A program made the position numbers and the translations under genes. A stretch of DNA of 64,000 nt from a virus (Duplodnaviria > Caudoviricetes), in IMG/VR virus record IMGVR_UViG_3300021400_000686, positions 24,333 to 88,332 of that record. One strand, written 5' to 3'. The notes under the pieces are model-generated. The model did not search any database, was not told the origin of the DNA, and saw nothing but the letters and a program-made list of their open reading frames with translations. This document shows, piece after piece, positions 1-8,993 of this stretch. How positions within the stretch are numbered: position 1 is the stretch's first letter; each line of letters begins with the position of its first letter.

Positions 1-306
1 GCGAACCCAGATGCGGCCATAACGCATAACGCCCATAGAAGCGTTCTGGCGGATATACAGTTGACCCGCAAGGTCGTATTCGGTTGTGAGGTTGTTGTTG
101 GAAACGCCCTCGATAGCGGTAGAAGCCGCGACAGGAAGCTTAACCTGTTCGCCCGCCTTTGTGCCCGCGACTACAGCCACACCAAACTTCATGGTGCCAG
201 TCGCTTCCTCGTTCAGGAAAGTGTCGATAGCATACGGCGCGAGGTCGTAAATGCCACCAGCGATACCTCTCTGAGTATCAAAATTGTAAGTTGTCTGTGC
301 GCTCAT
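1..306 (-). CDS. Partial structural protein, probably capsid decoration/cement protein (runs off the left edge)
   Basis: Translated by hand: MSAQTTYNFDTQRGIAGGIYDLAPYAIDTFLNEEATGTMKFGVAVVAG... The start overlaps the stop of the DUF2213 gene (TAATG). Position is typical for a decoration protein. Confidence 0.55.
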   Translation of the reverse strand, partial: MSAQTTYNFDTQRGIAGGIYDLAPYAIDTFLNEEATGTMKFGVAVVAGTKAGEQVKLPVAASTAIEGVSNNNLTTEYDLAGQLYIRQNASMGVMRYGRIWVR

Positions 307-1913
307 TACTTATTTTCCTCCTTCTTGTTCTGGCGACGCTCGATCATGCGCTGACGTGCGCTTTCGGGCGTGTTCTCATCACGCTTGATCGCGGAGTCCT
401 TATTGAACATCTTCTTCCGCTGATCATTGGTAGTCTTGCGCTGTGACTTTTTGATGTCCTGTGCCGCATACTGATAAGCGGCGTTAATGTAAGCGTAGCT
501 CTTGCCATCCAGACGCATCGACGGGCGAACCGCCTTGATAATCGTCTTCTTTGCCTTCAGGACGCTCATGTTCTCAAGGCCGTCAAGATTGAGGGCTCTA
601 CCAAGCATGCCGAGCTTAATCCGCTCACGGATAATCTTGTCTACGCTGTCGACATTCATACGGGGCTTCTCCTCGTACTTCATGATATCGACTTCCTCTT
701 CCTCGTCCTCATCGTCCTCTTCGTCCTCGTGAACGTCTACATCAACATCGGTTGCCTCATCCTCGGGGATTTCTTCAAATCCTTCGATGGTCGGGATATC
801 GTCGTCATCTGCATCGCAGTTTTCTTTCTCTTCCCAATCATCCGCGTCAAAGGTAAGCTCTTCCTCTTCCTTCTCTTTGACTTCGGGCTCAGCCTCATCA
901 AACGCCTTCTCGGCCAGAAGAGTATCGATGATGTCCAGAAGAGTCTTGATGTCCTTGTCCTGATCACGGATCACTTCGTCCGCATCCTTGGAGAACTCAT
1001 CGGTCATTTCCTCTTCGGAAACAACTTCCTCGTCCTCATCCATCTGCTCTTCTTCAACCACAGGCTTCTTTTCAGGAATCGGTTTCTTTTCGGGCAGCTT
1101 CTTTTCCGGCGCCACTTTCTCTTCAGCAACCGCTTCCTTCTCGGCCTCTACCGGATGATTGTCGCGAATGTTAGCAATCTTGTCTTCAATCTTGCTCTCT
1201 TCGGTCTGAACATCATCCGCATCTTTGTTCTCGAACTGATCCCGGTTTGCCTTATACCACTCAATGGCCTTTTTCAGCTCTTCTGGTGTAAGCGCCTCGT
1301 CAGCTCTCCGAGCATTGCGAATTTTCTTGCTCATCAGCTTTTTTCCTCCTACTAAGGTTTCTCCGTCCTTCGAATCAATGTTCAGACGGGCTTGATCTCC
1401 CGCTCTCGCTTCGCGTACAAGAGCAAGGTGATTGATTCTGATATTACGTTGGATAGCATCGTAATGCTCACCATTGTAAATACCGGGTGTCTCGTCAAGA
1501 TCAAGGTTATAGCCTAAAGATAATTCCTTAAAGCCACGCTCCTTCATCTCGTCTGTATCGTGAATGACGATTTTCGCCCTCACATCTGATCCATCGCGGT
1601 ACCCATCCGAAAGGATTGTACCAATGCTTGCATCGTGAACATTGTTTTTGTCCACAAGCCCAGCATCATGCGTGATAATAATGGGCTTTCCCCGATAGCT
1701 TTCAAGACTTTCTTTGCTGAAAACCTCGGACGGAACCCTTAATTCACGCCGAATAGAACCATCTGGGTTTGCATACTCAAATATGCCCACGCTTGTCAGA
1801 ATCGGGGAATCAACCAAATACCCCTCTTCCGTGTAGTACGCTCTGCTTAACGGCGTACTATCAAATCGAATTACACTTTTAAGTGTCGGATGATCTCTGA
1901 TTTCCATACTCAC
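306..1913 (-). CDS. DUF2213-family prohead protease/scaffold protein
   Basis: N-terminal domain with EGYLVDSPILTSVGIFEY, ELRVPSEVFSKESLESY, ELSLGY, IRINHLALVREARAG, followed by a long acidic scaffold-like region. Confidence 0.85.
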   Translation of the reverse strand: MSMEIRDHPTLKSVIRFDSTPLSRAYYTEEGYLVDSPILTSVGIFEYANPDGSIRRELRVPSEVFSKESLESYRGKPIIITHDAGLVDKNNVHDASIGTILSDGYRDGSDVRAKIVIHDTDEMKERGFKELSLGYNLDLDETPGIYNGEHYDAIQRNIRINHLALVREARAGDQARLNIDSKDGETLVGGKKLMSKKIRNARRADEALTPEELKKAIEWYKANRDQFENKDADDVQTEESKIEDKIANIRDNHPVEAEKEAVAEEKVAPEKKLPEKKPIPEKKPVVEEEQMDEDEEVVSEEEMTDEFSKDADEVIRDQDKDIKTLLDIIDTLLAEKAFDEAEPEVKEKEEEELTFDADDWEEKENCDADDDDIPTIEGFEEIPEDEATDVDVDVHEDEEDDEDEEEEVDIMKYEEKPRMNVDSVDKIIRERIKLGMLGRALNLDGLENMSVLKAKKTIIKAVRPSMRLDGKSYAYINAAYQYAAQDIKKSQRKTTNDQRKKMFNKDSAIKRDENTPESARQRMIERRQNKKEENK

Positions 1914-1936
1914 CTCGCTATATTAAAAAAAGAAAC

Positions 1937-2332
1937 TTATTCAGCCTCTTCTTTTTCCTCTTCAGTAATTGTGGCCTCATCGTCGGTTTTATCTCCAATG
2001 TTTGAGTTTAATTCATTGGCGAAAAACGCCTCGTCTTTGTTCACTTCATTAGTGAACATTTTTTCAAGCATACTCATCCCCGGGGTTTTCTCGTCCTCGG
2101 AGTCGGTATTCATCGGCCCATCGCCTTCTGTTTCTTCCCCTTCAAAGGCGTATTTTGTAAATTCCAGAACAAGCTTTTGCGTATGTGCAAGCTCGTCCCA
2201 AAGCATTTCATCGTAGGTTTCGTTTTCTTCCGCCTCGGCCAGATTGATAATCACGTTGCACACGCCCATCATCTGCTTGGCGACATTTGCGATCTTTTCA
2301 GTGTTCTTCATTTGCGCCTCCTTAAGTTGCAA
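1937..2332 (-). CDS. Hypothetical acidic protein
   Basis: ORF in operon context; no motif recognised. Confidence 0.5.
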   Translation of the reverse strand: MQLKEAQMKNTEKIANVAKQMMGVCNVIINLAEAEENETYDEMLWDELAHTQKLVLEFTKYAFEGEETEGDGPMNTDSEDEKTPGMSMLEKMFTNEVNKDEAFFANELNSNIGDKTDDEATITEEEKEEAE

Positions 2333-3156
2333 CAGTCGTCGGGGTTCGGATTGAAATGTTCATTCCAATACTCATACGCTAACGACTCATCCTCGCATAC
2401 CGTTATTTCCTTAAACCCTTTGATATTTTCCAAATACCTTTGCTTTGTCGAAAGCGGTAGATGTAAATATCCGTTTTGCTTTATTACATATTCGGAGTAG
2501 TCAATGTCAAACCACTTCCTGATCCAAGTATTGACCCTCAAAAACTCAACAAGCAGTTTGTCGCACTTTATCGAATTCAGCTTATCAAAGTCCACGAATT
2601 CTGGGATAAAAGGGCTCAGCCTTACTTGAACATCGAACCCATTCTCTTGCAGTTTTTCAACCGCTTTAATCCGTTTGGATGGAAGAGAAGCCTTTTCATA
2701 ATCTAAGCGCTTATACAGATCATCATTGAAGCAAGTAATCGTTACCTGAATATGCGCAAGGTTCTTGTCCATCACCTCAATATACTTATCATCGGCGACA
2801 AGATCACTTTTCGTAACAATCAGATACTCTATCCCTTTTTCGTTCAGGGCCTTAATCGTCTCATACGTTACGCCGTGCCTTTTCTCAAGCGGTTGGAAGC
2901 AATCTGTCATTCCGCCAAGTCGTATAGCGGGCACCCCCCCGTCTAACTTTTCTATCTTTTTGCGGATTTTATCGATGTCGGCAATAGAGGGCTCTTCAGC
3001 ATCCCACATTTTTCTAAAGCTCAGCAACGACTTAGCGTAGCAGTACCGGCAATCGTGCTGGCATCCCCTCCCATAAGTGTCTAATCTGGTCGAATAATGG
3101 CACTTGCCACCTTCATTTCCTCCAACAGTCTTGTAAAACGACTTAAATTCTTTCAT
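2308..3156 (-). CDS. Radical SAM protein, spore photoproduct lyase-like
   Basis: CxxxCxxC motif (GCQHDCRYCYAK), RLGGMTDCFQP, VRLSPFIP. Confidence 0.8.
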   Translation of the reverse strand: MKEFKSFYKTVGGNEGGKCHYSTRLDTYGRGCQHDCRYCYAKSLLSFRKMWDAEEPSIADIDKIRKKIEKLDGGVPAIRLGGMTDCFQPLEKRHGVTYETIKALNEKGIEYLIVTKSDLVADDKYIEVMDKNLAHIQVTITCFNDDLYKRLDYEKASLPSKRIKAVEKLQENGFDVQVRLSPFIPEFVDFDKLNSIKCDKLLVEFLRVNTWIRKWFDIDYSEYVIKQNGYLHLPLSTKQRYLENIKGFKEITVCEDESLAYEYWNEHFNPNPDDCCNLRRRK

Positions 3157-3189
3157 TCCGATCCCCCTTTCGGCATGAAAAAAGGGCGA

Positions 3190-4077
3190 TCATCTCGCCC
3201 CTAACTCTTTCTTCCATTTTTCTCTTGTAAGTATCGTAAGCACCGCCTCTTTTGTGAATAACGGGATCGCTCGACACCTACAATTGTAGTCTTCCCCCGG
3301 GTGGCAATGCCTCCCCGTATATACTCTTCCGTGTTTTGTCATGTACCATATCTCAGGCGGTTGATCTACACGAAATATATGCCCGTCAAACGACTTGTGG
3401 CAGTCACGAACTTTATGGTCTCTTCGTGTTCGCCAAACATATCGCTTTATCCCGAACATGCTGTATATTTTTGAATTTACCGACGCCGAAAAATCGCCGA
3501 CCCGATTTCTCGCAATCTCGCCGATCCCACCGTACTCATTCACAATCTTGTCAAGGCTTTCAACGGTCTCTTTGGCCCCACGCTTTCCCTCTTCGATGTC
3601 ATCAAGCTTTTTATTTACATTCATCAGGTAGAGAGCAATCAGTCCTATCGTCCCATAAACCCAGTCGTCTCGCTCGTTCTTAAACGTGTCCTTGTCAAAC
3701 TGTTCCATGTCCACGCCGATCGTCTTTTTGAACGATCTCCTAAACTGGGTCTCCTCTATTCCCTCGATCTGGCGCGAAATTTTATCGATTTCCCCGATCG
3801 GGTTGAACTTTTGGCCCAGTTCCTCAATCTCTTTCTTACAACGCCTTAAAACACGTTTTTTGCGCTCTCCGGAGGCAATGTCTTTTTGCGCCTTCCGAAT
3901 GATTTTGTACAAGCCGTTGGAATACCTCTTCAAGTATCGCTTCATCTCGCGTTCAGCCGATTGTGGGTATACGGACGCCAAAACAGCGACAAGCTCACGT
4001 TTGCTTCTGAACTTTCGATCTACGAGTTTTAGTTGTTCTCTTTCTTCCTGTTTTGTCATCGCCCTTAACCCAATCAA
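3190..4077 (-). CDS. Phage MuF / SPP1 gp7-like head morphogenesis protein, short form without toxin extension
   Basis: YVWRTRRDHKVRDCH...GHIF...HPGEDYNCRCRAIP. Confidence 0.85.
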   Translation of the reverse strand: MIGLRAMTKQEEREQLKLVDRKFRSKRELVAVLASVYPQSAEREMKRYLKRYSNGLYKIIRKAQKDIASGERKKRVLRRCKKEIEELGQKFNPIGEIDKISRQIEGIEETQFRRSFKKTIGVDMEQFDKDTFKNERDDWVYGTIGLIALYLMNVNKKLDDIEEGKRGAKETVESLDKIVNEYGGIGEIARNRVGDFSASVNSKIYSMFGIKRYVWRTRRDHKVRDCHKSFDGHIFRVDQPPEIWYMTKHGRVYTGRHCHPGEDYNCRCRAIPLFTKEAVLTILTREKWKKELGAR

Positions 4078-4453
4078 TCCCCCACTTATCGATTACGGAT
4101 CGGAAGTCTTCAACATCATGCGGAATAATACAGAACCGAGCCATACCATCAGCGCTCGGATTATATCCAACGTGGCACAGCTCGTGATACATCAGCTTTT
4201 CAAGCCTGTCCGCATCCAACGCCTCGGTGTTTCCAGTGTAAAACGTGATAATGAAGTCCGCCTCTATAAAAAGCTTCAACTTCTCTTTGACAAGCTCGGT
4301 ATCTGCAAACACCTCAAGCCCGTTTGACTTTTTTGCTTTGTCGCAATACTGGTAAACAATTCTGCAATCAGGATCATCGAGGGCGTTCAGTTCTTTGTAT
4401 TTTTGAATAACATTTTTGCCAAGCGCATCGAGGTCATCCTCTTGCCAGTACAT
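3995..4453 (-). CDS. Putative phage metallopeptidase
   Basis: LMYHELCHV...IIPHDVEDF motif. Confidence 0.7.
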   Translation of the reverse strand: MYWQEDDLDALGKNVIQKYKELNALDDPDCRIVYQYCDKAKKSNGLEVFADTELVKEKLKLFIEADFIITFYTGNTEALDADRLEKLMYHELCHVGYNPSADGMARFCIIPHDVEDFRSVIDKWGIDWVKGDDKTGRKRTTKTRRSKVQKQT

Positions 4454-5687
4454 CTGCTTCGTCCCTCCGACCGTTTGGTGCTATCTCGCGCGGAACTAAG
4501 ATTTCAGCTTCTCCGTTTGTGAAGACGCTACCGTATGTATCAATCGGCCTGATTTCCGCTTCATAAATCACACCGTTCGGATCAGGCGCATGGCCCATGC
4601 CGACTTCGCTCCCAGTAAAGGAACCCGCAACGTCTCTGTCAAACGTGTAAGACGAGAACACCGACGCCTTTTCGTATTCTTTCCCTGTCCCTCCACGATA
4701 CATCTTGATCGGGGTAACAAGAAACTCGTCAAAGGATAATGGCTCCTTTTTCTTTGCCTCGCAGTCGTACTTGTAATTTCCGTACATGATGTTCAGAGCC
4801 GCGTTGTGAACCTCGGGGCTTTGAATCATCTGTTTCGTCAGATTGTCCTTATATTCATGGTTGTACGCTCTGAACCATCCGTCTATGGTTGATTGACTCA
4901 AGTTGTCATAAAGGATTTCATCCGCTTCGTCCCGACTGATTTCGTGGAGGTTTTTTGTCACCTTTCCGAGTTTGAATTTGTAGAATTCCGAATCGATTGC
5001 GTCGCTTCCTCCTTCTTCATAAAGGGGCATCAGCTTCCCAACATTCTTGGTTGTAAAGTCGTCAACGCTATCACCGTCCTCATATTCATAGTCGTCGCGG
5101 TTCGGTCTCAATTTCTCGGTCAGATCAGACTTGACTTGTTTTTTCTGATGAACGTATTTGTCGTCCTTTACCTCAAAGTCGCCTTCTATGTCAGAGCGCC
5201 CGTGAGCTTTAAGAATCTGCTTTGCGGTCGCCACCTTTTTTTCGCCGTTTGAGGCTTCGTACTCAAATTGATCATCTCCGATCTTTTTATATGCTCTGTC
5301 ATGAGATACCGCCGTATACCCTGTCGGCATCTCTTCAAGAGACTTGCGAACAGCATCTTTAATTTCGAATGAGCTTTTTTCTTTCACCGCATCTTGATAA
5401 GCCTTTGTGTACTCGGAAGTGTCAACACTTTTTCCCGTGTCAATCCCCTTCCCCATCTTCTCGGCCTTCACGCTCTCAGCGGACTTTCCAGTCTTGTTCT
5501 CGTACGCTTCCCATGCTTCCCGTGGAGTCATGCCTTCGGTGTTGATCCCCTCAGAATTGCAAAGGCCATACGGAAGCTGTGTGCTATATGCACTATGTTT
5601 TTTTGCCTTCGGCTTTTCTTCATCGTCAGCGTCCAGTCGTAACAACCATTTAAGCCGTATTTTCTCTACAACCTTTGCTTGATTCAT
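4434..5687 (-). CDS. Leader-bearing cargo protein with LPYG module and C-terminal ADP-ribosyltransferase-like (R-S-E) domain
   Basis: IRLKWLLRLD leader; LPYGLCNSEGINTEGMTPREAW; C-terminal MYRG...FSSYTFDRDVA...GEAEILVP. Confidence 0.65.
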   Translation of the reverse strand: MNQAKVVEKIRLKWLLRLDADDEEKPKAKKHSAYSTQLPYGLCNSEGINTEGMTPREAWEAYENKTGKSAESVKAEKMGKGIDTGKSVDTSEYTKAYQDAVKEKSSFEIKDAVRKSLEEMPTGYTAVSHDRAYKKIGDDQFEYEASNGEKKVATAKQILKAHGRSDIEGDFEVKDDKYVHQKKQVKSDLTEKLRPNRDDYEYEDGDSVDDFTTKNVGKLMPLYEEGGSDAIDSEFYKFKLGKVTKNLHEISRDEADEILYDNLSQSTIDGWFRAYNHEYKDNLTKQMIQSPEVHNAALNIMYGNYKYDCEAKKKEPLSFDEFLVTPIKMYRGGTGKEYEKASVFSSYTFDRDVAGSFTGSEVGMGHAPDPNGVIYEAEIRPIDTYGSVFTNGEAEILVPREIAPNGRRDEADVLARG

Positions 5688-5699
5688 ATTGACCTCAAT

Positions 5700-6452
5700 T
5701 CAAGTATTTCTTGATCTATCCCCGTCCTCCTTTGACGCGTTCGAACTTTCCACGCTTTTCGCAAGTTGCCCCTCACTGCTGTCTATCCACGCAACGTCGT
5801 CAACCCCAACTGTTTGTGAATAAACCTTGCCTCCGCCAGAATAGTCTTGCGCCATCCTTTTTGACGGGGAAACAAACCCACCCTCTTCAATAGGCTTGCT
5901 ACTGTAAATCGTTATCTTTCCGCTCTTAAGCGCGTTGTCGGCGTCTTCTTTAGTGAAGTCAGGATAGATAAACTCGTCCTCGCCAAACGCTTCTTTCGCC
6001 GTTTTGATGTCTTCAGGCGATCTGATCCCTGTATGATAATCATCCATCATTGGATTGGACTTTTGGATAATCTCAAACTGCTTTCTTTTCGCATCCGTGA
6101 CAGGATATTGACTCGCTTTTGGCTTTGTTGTTTCAGGGGCGCTTTTCTTTGTTTGCTTGGTCTCCCTCGGCTTTTCTGGCTCGCCCTTTAACTCTTTGAG
6201 CTTTTGCAAAATCTCCGCTCTCCTTTTTCCGCCACTGCCAAATCTGCTTGTCCGTTTCAACTCCGACTCAAGGGCACTTATTGTCTCCGCATTGCCAAAC
6301 GCTTTCATCTGTCCACCGATTGGGTTCTTCTCCTCGTCAAGTGGAATATGGTTCCCGTTGACAGTAACCCAACTATCAGGCTCTTCATCAAATCGTTGTT
6401 GCCACTTATGGCGAATATGATCTATAGTATTTGTGCGCTTCATCTGTACCAA
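5700..6452 (-). CDS. Leader-bearing cargo protein with a small, possibly degenerate ART-like C-terminal domain
   Basis: IRHKWQQRFD leader; WVTVNGNHIPLD; ITIYSS...FVSPSKRMAQDYSGGGKVY...DVAWIDSSEG. Confidence 0.5.
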   Translation of the reverse strand: MVQMKRTNTIDHIRHKWQQRFDEEPDSWVTVNGNHIPLDEEKNPIGGQMKAFGNAETISALESELKRTSRFGSGGKRRAEILQKLKELKGEPEKPRETKQTKKSAPETTKPKASQYPVTDAKRKQFEIIQKSNPMMDDYHTGIRSPEDIKTAKEAFGEDEFIYPDFTKEDADNALKSGKITIYSSKPIEEGGFVSPSKRMAQDYSGGGKVYSQTVGVDDVAWIDSSEGQLAKSVESSNASKEDGDRSRNT

Positions 6453-6454
6453 CC

Positions 6455-7048
6455 TTATTCAAAATCAATTCGCCAGTCGTCCTCGTCCTCATCTGTTCCG
6501 TAGCGTGTCATCTTTTCCCCAGCAAGTGTTTCGTTATAGTTCTCGATTTTTACCCCTGTGCCAGAGTATGCGGACGTTGAGCCGTTGTCGTAAATGACGC
6601 CCTTAATGTTGGACAACTTCATTTTGCTTGTATCGTCGCCCTCGCTAAACACCTCAATATCACCGTTTCTATAAAGAATTGCGATAGAACTATCCGACCA
6701 CATATCACCATTGTTTTTGACGTCTTGTAATATCACGCTCTTCATCTCGTCCATCGAATAGCGTTCAAGAATCTGCCCGTTTGCCATTTCAATGGATTTC
6801 CCCCTCGACGGACACTTGCCTTTCATCAAATCAGCGACCTTCTTGTTTTCTTTGTCGAAATGTTGTCTAAGTTTAGGGCTTATCTTGCTCTCTTTGATTT
6901 TATCTGCAACTTTCCCTGTTGCGTGACCGTCCTCATCAAGGGGAATGTGCGTACCGTTAATTGTTATCCAGTCTTCTGGCTCCTCGTCGAAGCGGGCGTG
7001 CCACTTACTCCTGATTGTTTCGATCTGTTTATTTGTTTTCATGCCCAC
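6455..7048 (-). CDS. Leader-bearing cargo protein, unknown C-terminal domain
   Basis: IRSKWHARFD leader; WITINGTHIPLDEDG. Confidence 0.6.
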   Translation of the reverse strand: MGMKTNKQIETIRSKWHARFDEEPEDWITINGTHIPLDEDGHATGKVADKIKESKISPKLRQHFDKENKKVADLMKGKCPSRGKSIEMANGQILERYSMDEMKSVILQDVKNNGDMWSDSSIAILYRNGDIEVFSEGDDTSKMKLSNIKGVIYDNGSTSAYSGTGVKIENYNETLAGEKMTRYGTDEDEDDWRIDFE

Positions 7049-7059
7049 CTCAACGCATC

Positions 7060-7092
7060 AAAAAAGGGAGTCGGATTTCTCCGCTCCCTCTT
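7060..7092 (-). terminator. Intrinsic terminator
   Basis: Minus strand GGGAGCGGAGAAATCCGACTCCC followed by a T-run. Confidence 0.55.
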
Positions 7093-7123
7093 GATAATGA
7101 TATTCTAAAACTCAATCGTGGCT

Positions 7124-7414
7124 TTACTTCTGTGAAAGCTCCGCAATCTTCTGCTTGATCTTCACAACGCCCGGATTGTTACCCTGATACTTCAGAAGGT
7201 ATTTCCAGTCCTCTAAATCAAGCTTGCTTTCGACTTTTTCCACTTCCTCGGCGAAAGTATCGTCCGCGTTCGCTTCATCGAAGAATGTGGAATAATAGAA
7301 ATTCAACGCAATCCTCTCCTTGCATGCTTCCGACGGCGCTTTATCGTAAATATCCTTCCAATAGGAATTTTCGCTAAACAGCTCTCGCGCCGCGTCAACC
7401 TTACTCTTATCCAT
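7124..7414 (-). CDS. Small acidic protein, candidate partner/immunity protein of 7427-8188
   Basis: No leader; lies directly downstream of a cargo gene; has its own RBS (AGGAGG). Confidence 0.5.
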   Translation of the reverse strand: MDKSKVDAARELFSENSYWKDIYDKAPSEACKERIALNFYYSTFFDEANADDTFAEEVEKVESKLDLEDWKYLLKYQGNNPGVVKIKQKIAELSQK

Positions 7415-7426
7415 TGCGATCCTCCT

Positions 7427-8188
7427 TTAATCGTGCCCCTCAATGGGGTTAAGCTCAGGCTTGTAGAATGGGTTAATCAAAAGCATCCCCGCTTTATTGT
7501 CCCAAATCGAATGTTGGTTATGCTGTACCGCAAACTCAAGCGCATTATCCACATCGTCCGCGACAAAGCTCAACTCTGGGTTTCCAAAGTGTCCTACGTA
7601 CGGGCCACCAGTTGGGTATGAATCGGGATCGTCTGAAAGTTCTCTCTTTGCTACCGCGCACATCTGTCCGTAAGTTTCTGGATCGTATCCCCCAAACGGA
7701 TCATCAGCTTTGTTGTTCTGATGGAATGTTACGCTAAAGCCACGAGAAATATTGGCTTCCTTGTACGGTGGCACCATCGTGAACGTTCCGTCCTTTTTGT
7801 CTGGCGCTATCTTATCAAAGTTCTGTACCGTTGATAATGCCTTCTCGTATTTCTTACCCTCAGCCTTCAAGTCTACGCCGTGTTCTTTTGCGTACCTCTC
7901 AAGGAACTTCTTTGTTCCTTTCGGCCCCTCAGCGACGATCTTCTTGGATGTTTTTAGCCAACGCGTCGCATGATCCACTCCGTCGTTTGTCCTGAATGTA
8001 TCTCGGTTTTCCACAAGCCAGTTGTGACCACCGCCCGGTTGTGAACCGCCTTGATGCCCGGGAATCCCTTTATGTCCCCAGTTGCCAGATGTCTTAGTCC
8101 CTTTATCGCTTCTCTCAGTCGGCAACAGCATACCGTCCGTCCGAAGCATCCACTTCTTCCGTATCGCCTCTACTCTCCTCATAAGCAC
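7427..8188 (-). CDS. Leader-bearing cargo protein, possible SAM-lyase-like C-terminal domain
   Basis: IRKKWMLRTD leader; SGNWGHKGIPGHQGGS motif; GPYVGHFGNPELSF...ALEFAVQHNQHSIWD. Confidence 0.45.
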   Translation of the reverse strand: MLMRRVEAIRKKWMLRTDGMLLPTERSDKGTKTSGNWGHKGIPGHQGGSQPGGGHNWLVENRDTFRTNDGVDHATRWLKTSKKIVAEGPKGTKKFLERYAKEHGVDLKAEGKKYEKALSTVQNFDKIAPDKKDGTFTMVPPYKEANISRGFSVTFHQNNKADDPFGGYDPETYGQMCAVAKRELSDDPDSYPTGGPYVGHFGNPELSFVADDVDNALEFAVQHNQHSIWDNKAGMLLINPFYKPELNPIEGHD

Positions 8189-8257
8189 CCTCTCTGGCCT
8201 CGAAAAAGCCCCGTTTTGGGCGTTTACGATATGAGGCCGATCATTTTATTGTATAAC

Positions 8258-8725
8258 TCACTTAAGCGCAACAGCGACGCATTTTTCAGCGTCGCCGTCA
8301 ATCCCCTTAAGATAATTATAGGCAACGACATATTTGTCATATCGTGCCAAGTCTCTGTCTGTGACCCTCGGTAAACGACTCAAATCCATATTATGTTTTA
8401 AGTCCGCTTCCTTCACGTGTCGTGCAATCTCATTTACAGACAACCGTTTGATCTGATCCATGTAAGGCATCCCCTTCGGGTGTGTAATGTAAGACACCGC
8501 TTCCCCTATCTTTTCGCCAAACATCGCGGTGATCATCCCAATCGTTGTATCCGTATCTTCGACTGTATCATGTAAGTATGCTACTATTTTCTCCTCATCC
8601 GTCGAACACATCCGCGCAACCGCGTCTGGGTGCATCCAGTACGGAGTCCCTCCCTTGTCCACCTGTCCAAAGTGGACTCGTTTCGAAAATTCCTTCGCAA
8701 ACTCAACATCAGACATCCGCGCCAC
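8258..8725 (-). CDS. HD-domain small alarmone hydrolase-like protein (Mesh1/SAH type)
   Basis: HFGQVDKGGTPYWMHP...AYLHDTVEDT...VKEADLKHN. Confidence 0.85.
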   Translation of the reverse strand: MARMSDVEFAKEFSKRVHFGQVDKGGTPYWMHPDAVARMCSTDEEKIVAYLHDTVEDTDTTIGMITAMFGEKIGEAVSYITHPKGMPYMDQIKRLSVNEIARHVKEADLKHNMDLSRLPRVTDRDLARYDKYVVAYNYLKGIDGDAEKCVAVALK

Positions 8726-8726
8726 C

Positions 8727-8936
8727 TCACGAGAGCCGATTAACGTATTCCTCGGCCTCCTCGTCGCTAATTCCGTAACTGTGAATTAAACCGTTGAAGG
8801 CGTCAAACGCATCAGAAGAGCTTTCCCATCCTTTACGCGGAATGAACTCCTCATAAGAACCGTCTTCCGTTTTACGGTACAAATCCATGATCGTCCCGTC
8901 GTTCCATTTCGTTGCTTCGTAAATTACTTTTCCCAT
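8727..8936 (-). CDS. Small protein between the RelA-like gene and the HD hydrolase, candidate antitoxin
   Basis: Strong RBS (AAGGAGGT); has its own promoter at 8965-8993. Confidence 0.6.
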   Translation of the reverse strand: MGKVIYEATKWNDGTIMDLYRKTEDGSYEEFIPRKGWESSSDAFDAFNGLIHSYGISDEEAEEYVNRLS

Positions 8937-8964
8937 TTAGCAACCTCCTTTCCCCCACGGCTAT

Positions 8965-8993
8965 ATTATATCACATATTGGGCAATATGTCAA
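8965..8993 (-). promoter_or_regulatory. Sigma70 promoter with palindromic operator in the spacer
   Basis: TTGACA-TATTGCCCAATATGTGA-TATAAT; the -35 overlaps the stop codon of the RelA-like gene. Confidence 0.85.

Noticed and set aside
690-1355. GAC/GAG-rich tract as a tandem repeat, and the antisense ORF 729-1355
   Set aside because: Explained by the Asp/Glu-rich scaffold coding sequence on the minus strand.
3190-4077. MuF polymorphic toxin
   Set aside because: The MuF ends shortly after the CRC motif with no C-terminal toxin; the toxin-like domains are on separate leader-bearing genes.
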